DNA of 64,000 nt from positions 14,320 through 78,319 of the forward strand of contig NIVC01001621.1 in NCBI GenBank assembly GCA_002269645.1, read 5' to 3'. The translations under genes were made by a program, and so were the position numbers. Numbering within the stretch: position 1 is the stretch's first letter; each line of letters opens with the position of its first letter. The notes below the pieces were generated by a model, which searched no databases, was not told the origin of the DNA, and saw nothing but the letters and a program-made list of their open reading frames with translations. This stretch comes from Macrostomum lignano (taxonomy: Eukaryota). Shown here piece after piece: positions 13,501 to 25,300 of the stretch.

Positions 13501-15984
13501 CTTAAAATCATGTGTGCAATGCGTGGAAGCTAGTAGGACGCTACATTCACTCGCAGTCGTGTTAAATATGGCGAAGACGTATTGATCTTTAAATTTAAAG
13601 TAAATTTATGGATCTGTAGCATGTAGAAACGGAAAACATGTCTCTAAGTTGCTCAGAATATTATCTACTTCACTATAAAGCAACAGAAAACTTAACGAAC
13701 AATAAAAGAACTGGTAGCTCTGTTAAAAGACGCCAAGACGCGTTTGCAATTCATATACTGCATGTAGATTTTCGGCCGAACCCGCGAAATTTTTTACTAG
13801 TCTAGAAAAAACTGCAAGATTGATATTTTACGAGCGTAGGATGCACCAATACAATTACTATACTATACAATACAATAGCAGTTTTTAAGATTACTTTAAT
13901 TTACTTAATTTACTTGTAATTAACGTACACGTGAAATTAATTATTGAAATTCACATTTTTTTCTACTGATAGTAGAAACATAAGGAAAAATTCGGTACAT
14001 GGTAATACCTATTTAAATGTATTCACATGTACCTTTATGTTTGTAGCATGAAATTTCAGATTTGGGTAATTAAGCATGTGCCAACGACATACGAGCTATA
14101 CTATGATACAGTTTGGTCCACTGACTGCATTTATTTTTAGCTGTTGTAAAAAAGCGAAGTTGTGGCGGCCAGACCGGTGCACGGCTGAGAGCGGGGACGC
14201 CTGTACACAGACGCCTGTAATTTTGCCCAGCCAGCCAGTTCGATCTGACTCACACCTCCCTATTCTCGTTAAATAAATGATGATGCTTAAACAAATATAC
14301 GCAAAATCTTTTTGCTCGCTTGCTATACCAGCTACCACTTGCAAGCCGCTTCAAAGTACAATAATGTATATAATAATCCTAATCTAGCTGTGGAATATAG
14401 CTGGGTCAGACAAAGACAGAGGCAAACTCAGAACCTCAGCTAGATTTTAAGTGTAGAAAGTATGCAGACCAATTGATTACCAATTCTGTGACTGGAATAC
14501 GATGCGCCGGCTGCCAATGTCTAACGATCGATGATGATGAAGATCGTTCTGATGAAGGCAATTTTGATTGGCCGATTAGCTGAATTTAACCAATTAACGA
14601 TGTCCAGTTTACACGTATGAGTACAACATAGGCACGCACTCACAGTTATATATTAGAGGGTGTCAGATGTAGAGCAGCTCACACAGCGGGTAAACGCGTA
14701 CGTCTGACTCTCGCGCAACACTACCCCGATCGTTTGATTCCTTTGATCGTTCGATTAGAAAGTAAAAAAGCCACTGTGCACCCTGTCTGAGCGTTTTTAT
14801 GAGCATGTTCCCTAAAATTAATCAAGCAGACACAAACTCTCGCAAAACAAAACAACACACAAGTTGTCGCGTGATTAATTGAGCTACAATGAAGGTTCAT
14901 GCAGAACCAACAGTACATCCCATCATATCTCGCGTGCTACTAGCGCGTGATCGAATGTGTTCCGCAGCTGTCATGGTCAGGGTTCCGCCCGGACACTTCT
15001 CAGATTTTGCGGTTCAGAGAGCCTATGTGACACTTTCATTCCGTCTAAGATTATTTATAAGATTAAGGCTGACAGGCTGCTATATTCGTCATGCTATAAA
15101 AAATGGCGACTTTTGAACCATGTGATTAAAATTACATTTAGGCAGTGCTTTCAACATGGACAGATTAGTGTAGAAGAGAGGAGGCTATGCACGCGCAAAT
15201 TCTGGACCTTCTGTGGCCTCCACCGTATTTACTCGTATATATACACCATTTTACCCTCGATTTTGAACAAGGAGAACTTCGAAACTGACAAACTCCTCTT
15301 CAATATTGACACTTTATGGTCGGGCACTCAAAATCTACAATCTGAATCAATATTGACAGATCAAGCTTCAATTTTGACAAACTCTGGTTCAATTTTGACA
15401 ATGCACGTTTAGTCAACTTCTCCTGGGAGAATTCGGTAACAAAGCAATCCAATGAAAGCCTGAACGGGGCTGAAGTGAGCTGTGCAAAATCAGCTTATTC
15501 TGATTTTGCTTTTTGGATCTACAAGTATTGATAAAATTTATTTTTCTCTATCCTTTACACACACAGACTAAAATAGCCTGTCTGGTTGGGCTGTAAGTCT
15601 GATTCTATTTTGACAGAGTTGCTTCAAAACTGACACTCTATGGTTTGTGTACCCAAAAAGTCCGCTTCATTTTTGACAACTCCGAATCAATATTGAACAG
15701 TTAACAATCGATTTTGACTAAGACATTTTTTGAAATAGATTTTGACAATTTTTACTAAGATTTCTCTCTTGAGGGGGGGTACTTGCTAGTTGGGAGAGGG
15801 GGTACTGGCTGCATGTATCTACGAGTACATGTATGGGAATCTTTCTTTCTAGTCTATGGCCCAACCCCATTCAGCTCTATGCAAAACATCAAATCGTTTT
15901 TTGAAACTTTTTGGAAAACATAAAACATAGAAAACATAGAAAACATAATTATTGCAGTTTTAACACTTAGATGGCAAAATCTTA

Positions 15985-16126
15985 TATTATAGTATTTATG
16001 AACTGTGTTACAATGAATAAATAGAGTTACATGAGTGCATTAATCAATGGGTTCATATTATAGTATTTATGAACTGTGTTACAATGAATAAATAGAGTTA
16101 CATGAGTGCATTAATCAATGGGTTCA
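15985..16126. repeat. 71-bp direct duplication
   Basis: ATATTATAGTATTTATGAACTG...CAATGGGTTC twice. Confidence 0.88.
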
Positions 16127-16549
16127 GTTACAATGCTGATTGATGCCACTTAATTTAATAAAACATCAGAGATTTTCTGACTTTATGGTATTAAGAGTGA
16201 CGGTTTTGCACAAAAGGGTTATTTATACATGTTGCAAATGTACTTGACTGATATGCCTATAGAATGAGCCATTTTTAGAAGATATGAGCACATGTAATCA
16301 GTATATGGGTGCCTGAATGTACGCAATCCAATGTATCACATTTTTGTAGTCAGTTTTAACAACAATAATCAAAGGTGCGCGATGTGCCACATGCACAGAA
16401 CACATTTTTAGTCAAATCACCCCCCCCCCAATCGGGGGGCAACAAGATTAAAGAGTCAAACAAGCCCGACGAATGACGACATGCAGGAGCTCAACTTTTG
16501 CCACCTGTCTTGGACGTGATTTCCTGCACCGGCCTATAGAAGACACGGG

Positions 16550-18970
16550 TAGGGGCGCCCACCAAATGACAGGGGCGCCCACCAAAAGACAGTGGTGCCC
16601 ACCAAAAGACAGTGGTGCCCACCAAAAGACAGGGGCGCCCACCAAGAGACAGGGGCGCCCACCAAAAGACAGGGGCGCCCACCAAGAGACAGGGGCGCCC
16701 ACCAAGAGACAGTGGCGCCCACCTATAGACAGAGGCGCCCACCAATTAAGACACAGGGGCGCCCACCAAAAGATCGATAGGGGCGCCCACCAATTAAGAC
16801 ACAGGGGCGCCCACCAAGAGACAGCAGGGGCGCCCACCAAGAGACAGCAGGGGCGCCCACCAATTAAGAGACAGGGACAGGGGCGCCCACCAAAAGACGG
16901 GCGCCCACCAGTTAAGACACTGGGGCGCCCAACAATTAAGAGACAGGGGCGCCCACCAATTAAGACACTGGGGCGCCCAACAATTAAGACACAGGGGCGC
17001 CCACCAATTAAGACACTGGGACGCCCACCAATTAAGACACAGGGGCGCCCACCAATTAAGACACAGGGGCGCCCACCAATTAAGACACAGGGGCGCCCAA
17101 CAATTAAGACACAGGGGCGCCCACCAATTAAGACACAGGGGCGCCCAACAATTAAGACACAGGGGCGCCCACCAATTAAGACACAGGGGCGCCCACCAAT
17201 TAAGACACAGGGGCGCCCACCAATTAAGACACAGGGGCGCCCACCAATTAAGACACAGGGGCGCCCACCAATTAAGACACAGGGGCGCCCACCAATTAAG
17301 ACACAGGGGCGCCCACCAATTAGGACACAGGGGCGCCCACCAATTAAGACACAGGGGCGCCCACCAATTAAGACACAGGGGCGCCCACCAATTAAGACAC
17401 AGGGGCGCCCAACAATTAAGACACAGGGGCGCCCACCAATTAAGACACTGGGACGCCCACCAATTAAGACACAGGGGCGCCCACCAATTAAGACACAGGG
17501 GCGCCCACCAATTAAGACACAGGGGCGCCCAACAATTAAGACACAGGGGCGCCCACCAATTAAGACACAGGGGCGCCCAACAATTAAGACACAGGGGCGC
17601 CCACCAATTAAGACACAGGGGCGCCCACCAATTAAGACACAGGGGCGCCCACCAATTAAGACACAGGGGCGCCCACCAATTAAGACACAGGGGCGCCCAC
17701 CAATTAAGACACAGGGGCGCCCACCAATTAAGACACAGGGGCGCCCACCAATTAGGACACAGGGGCGCCCACCAATTAAGACACAGGGGCGCCCACCAAT
17801 TAAGACACAGGGGCGCCCACCAATTAAGACACAGGGGCGCCCAACAATTAAGACACAGGGGCGCCCACCAATTAAGACACAGGGGTGCCCACCAATTAAG
17901 ACACAGGGGCGCCCACCAATTAAGACACAGGGGCGCCCACCAATTAAGACACAAGGGCGCCCAACAATTAAAACACAGGGGCGCCCACCAATTAAGACAC
18001 AGGGGCGCCCACCAATTAAGACACAGGGGCGCCCAACAATTAAGACACAGGGGCGCCCACCAATTAAGACACAGGGGCGCTCACCAATTAAGACACAGGG
18101 GCGCCCACCAATTAAGACACAGGGGCGCCCACCAATTAAGACACAAGGGCGCCCAACAATTAAGACACAGGGGCGCCCATCAATTAAGACACAGGGGCGC
18201 CCACCAATTAAGACACAGGGGCGCCCACCAATTAAGACACAGGGGCGCCCAACAATTAAGACACAGGGGCGCCCACCAATTAAGACACAGGGGCGCCCAA
18301 CAATTAAGACACAGGGGCGCCCACCAATTAAGACACAGGGGCGCCCACCAATTAAGACACAGGGGCGCCCACCAATTAAGACACAGGGGCGCCCACCAAT
18401 TAAGACACAGGGGCGCCCACCAATTAAGACACAGGGGCGCCCACCAATTAAGACACAGGGGCGCCCACCAATTAGGACACAGGGGCGCCCACCAATTAAG
18501 ACACAGGGGCGCCCACCAATTAAGACACAGGGGCGCCCACCAATTAAGACACAGGGGCGCCCAACAATTAAGACACAGGGGCGCCCACCAATTAAGACAC
18601 AGGGGTGCCCACCAATTAAGACACAGGGGCGCCCACCAATTAAGACACAGGGGCGCCCACCAATTAAGACACAAGGGCGCCCAACAATTAAGACACAGGG
18701 GCGCCCACCAATTAAGACACAGGGGCGCCCACCAATTAAGACACAGGGGCGCCCAACAATTAAGACACAGGGGCGCCCACCAATTAAGACACAGGGGCGC
18801 TCACCAATTAAGACACAGGGGCGCCCACCAATTAAGACACAGGGGCGCCCACCAATTAAGACACAAGGGCGCCCAACAATTAAGACACAGGGGCGCCCAT
18901 CAATTAAGACACAGGGGCGCCCACAAATTAAGACACAGGGGCGCTCACTAAGAGACAGGGGCACCAACCA
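16550..18970. repeat. 2.4-kb 24-bp minisatellite with higher-order structure
   Basis: CCACCAATTAAGACACAGGGGCGC, ~90 copies; edges grade into the 20-bp unit seen at 3655. Confidence 0.97.
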
Positions 18971-19048
18971 AGACATCAAATATTGGTGCCCTTTCAGTTT
19001 CCGACCCTCTCCAATTAGCATTCTCTACAGTCTACTTCCTGCCTGTGC

Positions 19049-19308
19049 TCAGTGCAACTCAGACAAGTTATTCAGAAGCAGCGGCTTCTGCTGACTTCTG
19101 GCTCCGGTTGCAGCTGTCGCACGGGTCTGTGCCCCCGCACGATTGGCACGTCGCACCTGACAGGTGAGGATGCGACCGAATGCCCGACGGAAGTCGCGGT
19201 TCCAGCAGGCGTAGATGACCGGATTGCAGAGCGAGTTGCAGTAGCCCAGCCAGAAGGCCACCTTGAATGCCAGCTCGGGAATGGCACAGGACTTGCAGAA
19301 GATCCATT
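19049..19308 (-). CDS. GPCR exon 3 (ECL3, TM7, C-tail)
   Basis: Pyrimidine tract + TAG|(K)[43 protein letters not shown]...TGA. Confidence 0.92.
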
Positions 19309-22300
19309 CTAGATGGGAGAGGAGGGGAATGCAAGTTGCTGGAGCGAATGACTGTGCCTGCCTGCCCTTACAATCAATCAGCTGGCACCGCGGCCTGCCC
19401 CACCCCCTCCAGCCTGCCCCACCCGCCTCCAGCCTGCCCCACCGCCCTCCAGCCTGCCCCACCCCCTCCAGCCTGCCCCATCCCCCTCCAGCCTACCCTA
19501 CCCCACCCCACCCCTGTAGCACCAACATCTCACCTGTGGCACTAAAAGACGCACTAAACACCACACATTATTAAAAGTATGCACTTTACGTCAAATCAGT
19601 ATATGCAAATCTGCATACTGAAAATAATATCGTACGAGCAGGTCTCTACTGAGCTAAGATTCGCCCAACTCACTGAACGGATAGAGGAAAAAGAACGGCA
19701 GCCAGCAGACAATGAAGACGCCGACAACTATGCCGAGCGTTTTTGCTGCTTTTTTCTCGCGTCGAAATCTGGCCAGCTTGCCTGAAATTCATGAATTTGT
19801 GAATAAGATGAATCACGTAGTTAATTGACTAATAAGACTTCTCGGTCTGACGCACGTCCCTGATTGGCTGGCCAATCAGCGAGCGAAGGCCTCAGAGGCG
19901 TATTGGGTTAGGCCATGCTTTCTCAGCCAATAGAATTCCTTAAAGTTAGTATTGGAACCCCATAAGTAATCGCGAGTCGCTAGGCCTGCCATAACACCCC
20001 TCCGGCCTGCCCCAACACCCCTCCAGCCTGCCCCAACACCCCTCCGGCCTGCCCCAACACCCCTCCGGCCTGCCCCAACACCCCTCCGGCCTGCCCCAAC
20101 ACCCCTCCGGCCTGCCCCAACACCCCTCCGGCCTGCCCCAACACCCCTCCGGCCTGCCCCAACACCCCTCCGGCCTGCCCCAACACCCCTCCGGCCTGCC
20201 CCAACACCCCTCCGGCCTGCCCCAACACCCCTCCGGCCTGCCCCAACACCCCTCCGGCCTGCCCCAACACCCCTCCGGCCTGCCCCAACACCCCTCCGGC
20301 CTGCCCCAACACCCCTCCGGCCTGCCCCAACACCCCTCCGGCCTGTCCAACCACACCCCTTCGGCCTGCCCCAACACCCCTCCGGCCTGCCCAACCACAC
20401 CCCTTCGGCCTGCCCCAACACCCCTCTGGCCTGCCCCAACTACCTCCAGCCAGTGGGCATCCATCGCTTCTAGATAAACCAAACTAGCTTAAGTAAGCAC
20501 AAAGGGTTTAATTAAGGACTAGAGGTGGCGAAAACACTGTCACCGTTAGATCTGGATAAATTCAAATAAATGTTATGATTCGTGCATTGTGTTCTTCAAG
20601 CTGTACGCTCTTATATAACACAGGCTATATACTCGTAGTACTAAAAAGCATACTACTAAAATAATATTAATAATTGGTTACACCTGCCCTAATGAGCAGA
20701 TGTGCAACCGACAGCTCAGCCGCAGCTATTGCGCGGCGCATCTGAAGGCTGCGTACGGCTGTTCAGTCAAAGACTGGGGGGGGGGGGTCGCCAAACACAG
20801 CCTCAATTACCCCAGCTAATGCTGGCACCCATTTTACAGCTGGGTGAACTGAAGCAATGCAGAGTTATAAGTGTCTTGCTAAAGGACGCAAGTTATCGTC
20901 CGAGTGGGTCGAGAATCGAACCTCCGACCTTTCAGTCGTGAGTCCGACGCTCTAGATCTTAACCACTAGGCTACAACCACGATGCTAAGAGCTACAAAGA
21001 GCAGTAATAAAGCAGAATAATAGCAAATAAAAAAGTAATTAAATCTAAATAGCCAAATACCAAGTCAAAGTAAAATTTGTGAAAAGTGCAATTCATTTAG
21101 CATTCGAAGTGAACTGCATCAAAGCTACTAGAAGCCATGCTATCAATAGACCATCAGTAATTCTAAGATAAAGCTTGCATGGTAGAACATTGATGAGCGG
21201 TCCTGATGACTCACTATGCAGCACAGCCCGTACTGTCATTATGTCGGACTGCATTCTTTCTGAAATCAATTATTTTTTAGAGTGTTACTAAAAGATGGAA
21301 AATTTCTTGAGGCTTCAAAAAACATCTGACACACTTGACTGCAGTAATTGACTGCCGACCCTATAACCCTAACCTAAACCCCAACCTAAACCTCAATCTA
21401 AATTCTAACCTAAATTCCAACCTAAAACCTAAGCTAAACCGGTGAACCCTAACCTAAATCCTAACCTAAATTCCTAACCTAAATCTTCATCTAAACCCTA
21501 ACCTAAATTTTAGTTTAAACACTAAAATAAGCCCTAACCTAAATCCTAACCTAAATGCTAACCTAAATCCCTAACCTAAATCCCTAACCTAAATCCCTAA
21601 CCTAAATCCCTAACCTAACCGAATTTCGTAACTCAAATCCTCATCTTCATCTAAGCCCTAACCTAAATATTAGCTTTAACACTTAACTAAAAACTCTATC
21701 CTAAATCATACCCTAAATCCTAACCTAAATTATAACCTAAATCCTTAACCTAATTTCCTAACCTAATTCTTCATCTAAAGCTAACCTAAATCTTCATCTA
21801 AATCCTAATCTAGTCCCTAAGCTAACCACTAATCTGCCGAGCACGCTATACTGTGCCCAAACGACCTCAAAAGTCAATAATGATGATGAGTTATATTTCC
21901 AGAAAATGACTTTGAACCATGCAAAAGACTTTGAAAAAAGCTTGAGAACTAACACTGCTTATCGATCCGATGGGGCACAAAAACAGCAGGCTCTCATTAT
22001 AGTCTTACTTCTTTATAACAAAGCTAAACTAAGCTACTTGTTGTAGAGATCCAGCATTCAACTGTTCATTACTGACTCAAATTTGCTAAAGTGATCTCAA
22101 ATCGAGCCCAGAATTAGTTGCAAGTCTTTTTGCATCAAATAATTACATGTATTATTTAACAGCTCTAATGTATTATCCTAAAACATTTGCAGCTTAAGAG
22201 ATTTAGAGGATAAAGCTACATGGCATATTGCATGAATTATTCACTCACAGATGTACCCCTGCATGTATATAAAAAATGAAAACCTACAATGTTACCATCG

Positions 22301-25300
22301 AAGCATTTTGATCGGGTAAATATCTTTATACTAGACTTTCACTTACTAAGCATTGGGGGTGAATTGGGGGGTAAAAATCATTGCGGGTGAATCTCGGCGG
22401 GCAATTCGTCTGCCGGCAATTCTCATCGACCCAGCCGAATTGCCATTGCCGAATGGTATGCCCAACAAGTGAATGCAGATCATGGTTTCTACCATAGACG
22501 TTTAAATACTTTTACGAGTACATAAAAATACTTAGCAGATCAATCAGTGCGCAGACAATAGCGCATTAATGCAAGATAATTCATCTTTTAGTTTATGGTA
22601 AATTTGAAGTCTTCTCCACAGTTGGCTCTATCAGTCGGCAATGTGATAGATGCACGGCTTGATCTTGCAATAATGCCATAGACAGTCAGACAATGTCAGA
22701 CCATAGACCAGTCGGCAATGTGATAGATGCACGGCTTGATCTTGCAATAATGCCATAGACAGTCAGACAATGTCAGGCCATAGACCAGTCGGCAATGTGA
22801 TAGATGCACGGCTTGATCTTGCAATAATGCCATAGACACTCGTGCGCTAACGACTTGGAGCTACGACTCAGACTATTTCTCCATTAACCTTGGCCATTAA
22901 CTTAAACTCTCGCTTCAGAATAAACCTTCCTATTAACCACTTCGCGCCCAAGCTTGGTTCCGCAAGATGGCTTAAAAGCCCAAAGGCCTGCAGAGCAGTC
23001 CATAGACAAATTTGTCTTTTTTGCTGAATCGAGTGCACACCCTAGAAGCCCAGAAGTAAAGTATATCACATAGTTTTTCAGCTAGCTCCTGTTCAAACCT
23101 TCCTACCCACAAATGGCTTTTACGCGGCCGAATAGGACAGCTAAAAGTGACGCCTTGCGTAGACTGGGACTCGATTCCGATTCGGAAGACGCTTTATCAA
23201 GCAATGACTCGACGGTTTTTGAGTCAGAAACGGAGTCGGAAGGCATGGATCCAGAAATTGATCAGAGCCAAGATGAGGCGACCGCGGAATGGGTTGAAGT
23301 AACCCCTGGAAATGACAACTCGTTTGACCACGACGGGGTGCCGGAATTCCGAGGGTTTTTGACCATCAATCTAAGCACTGGTCTACCAGAAAATCCAGAC
23401 GAAAGTATGAAATAATTTTTATCAATCTTCCTGACTGAAGAGTTTCTCACCACCGTCTTGTCACATGGACCAATGAGCGAATGTGGTTGGCTGTCAGGGA
23501 GTTCCAGCAGGAGAGTGCAGAAATGGCGAGGAAGAGAGCGAGAGTTGTTGTTGAGCTTAGCGGCGAAGTGCTGGGCGAAGGATACCACAAATACACGGAC
23601 GACTCCCTGCAACGGAAGCCCAGACTCGCCCAAGCAAACGATTCCGAATTTGAAACCTGACGTTCCAGCTAAGAAGACAGTATTTTGCTGCAGCCAATGT
23701 CCCGGAAATCCTGGTCTCTGTCCAGATCCATGCTAATTCATCCACGCTTTATTTCCCCTTTAACATTTCCCATTTGAGTGAAAACACAATAGAAATGCAC
23801 AATGGACGTCTTTAAATCAGTCATGGCCTGCACAGCAGGCCATACTGGGCACTTGCTTTAGTGATTGGGAGATGGTTTTTGATGCCATAGACATTTTTCA
23901 ATCTCTGGGTTTCTGGGCCGTTTCGGTATGGCCTGCAGTGCAGGCCTTTGGCTTCCAAATGGTTAAGCATCTCGCGATTCGCGAGTGGCATAGCGCCTTT
24001 CTGCTCCAGCTGTCTATGATGCTCAACTCACTGGACTTAGACTTCCTCCTGCAGACAGTCACATATGTATGACACGTCCACTGTGGGGGGGGGTTGTGAA
24101 GCAAAGCCAAGCTGCTTGTCGGCCGGCTTATATTACAATCTTGCACACAAACTGCTGCAGCTTTGAGCGTGTCAAATCGCTAAGCAAACAAAGGAACCAG
24201 CAGTAACTAACGGAACGGGGCTCGCATCTTAGAGTCTGTAGGTAGTTTGCTTTTTGGCAATAATAAACGCTGCGGAGACGCCCACAAGCTACGAGACGCA
24301 TCTGTCTTTGCTTTTTCCCCTTCTTATTTTTAGAGAAATTGCTTTTCTTCCCAGCAATGATAAGCTTCCTACACATATAGAGCAGGAGAAGAACCCGCGG
24401 GTGCCGGATCGCGCGCTGGTAGTTGCCTAGATTAAGGATTAAGGTTGAGAAATTTCCCCAGCTTCGTAATCCGCAGAGACTCAGGCAAGAGGGAGATTTC
24501 CCAGTCCGCATTTGCTGCTCCGTTCTTCTTTCAGAATTTTTCATTTTTTCGGTGTCAACTGTGCGGCTCCCCCGGCCGAGACCGAAGACTAATCCTGAGG
24601 GTAATTTTTCTTTTGGACTGCTTGGATAAAGTGCCTTTTTTAATTAAGTCAGACTCAAAGCCGCTGCGTGTTTCAGCTGATGGCTCAGCCCCGAATTACA
24701 TGGGCTCAGACACAATCTATGATGGCTCAGACACAATCTATGATGGCTCAGACACAATCTCTTGTGATGGCTCAGACACAATCTATGATGGCTCAGACAC
24801 AATCTCTGATGGCTCAGACACAATCTATGATTGCTCAGACACATCTATGATGGCTCAGACACAATCTATGATTGCTCAGACACATCTATGATGGCTCAGA
24901 CACAATCTCTGATGGCTCAGACACAATCTGGTGGCTCAGAGGCTCAGACACAATCTGATGGCTCAGACACACCCAATAAAGGCTGAGACACCTTTTATGT
25001 TGGCTCAGTCCCGATTTTGTTTTTCTTTATTAAATTTTTTCCTAGAAATGCCTGTAGAACATTCCTAGAAAAATAACACAGCTACTGGATCACGCGGCTG
25101 ATTTGCAATTTCCGGTTGAGTAAAATTGTGAGAATTCCCAGAAAGAAATTCGAGAAAGTTTAGATTGACAGGTCGGCCAATTCCGTAACAAAAGCCGATA
25201 AATCTTCAATAAACTGGAGAAATATCGCATACCAGGGACTACTCAAACATCGGGACGGGAAACTAGGCAAATCATGGCGAAGTTTTTACGATGCTGGTTT

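Noticed and set aside
16448-19094. 873-aa (GRPPIKTQ)n and 857-aa antisense ORFs
   Set aside because: They are open only because the 24-bp unit is a stop-free multiple of 3. Both strands are open, there is no domain, and the plus ORF overlaps the GPCR stop antisense.
20890-20978. Possible tRNA gene (A and B boxes)
   Set aside because: Fused to a repeated non-tRNA body in several diverged copies, so it is a SINE head.
21360-21830. Interstitial telomere or chromosome-fusion scar
   Set aside because: Units are irregular CCTAACCTAAAT rather than (CCCTAA)n, with no head-to-head junction; a similar short tract occurs near 10200.
24128-24544. ORF with ..NFSKNKK.. and YCWFLCLL considered as the missing TM6 exon
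   Set aside because: The true TM6 exon is at 19674-19781 with perfect motifs and phases.
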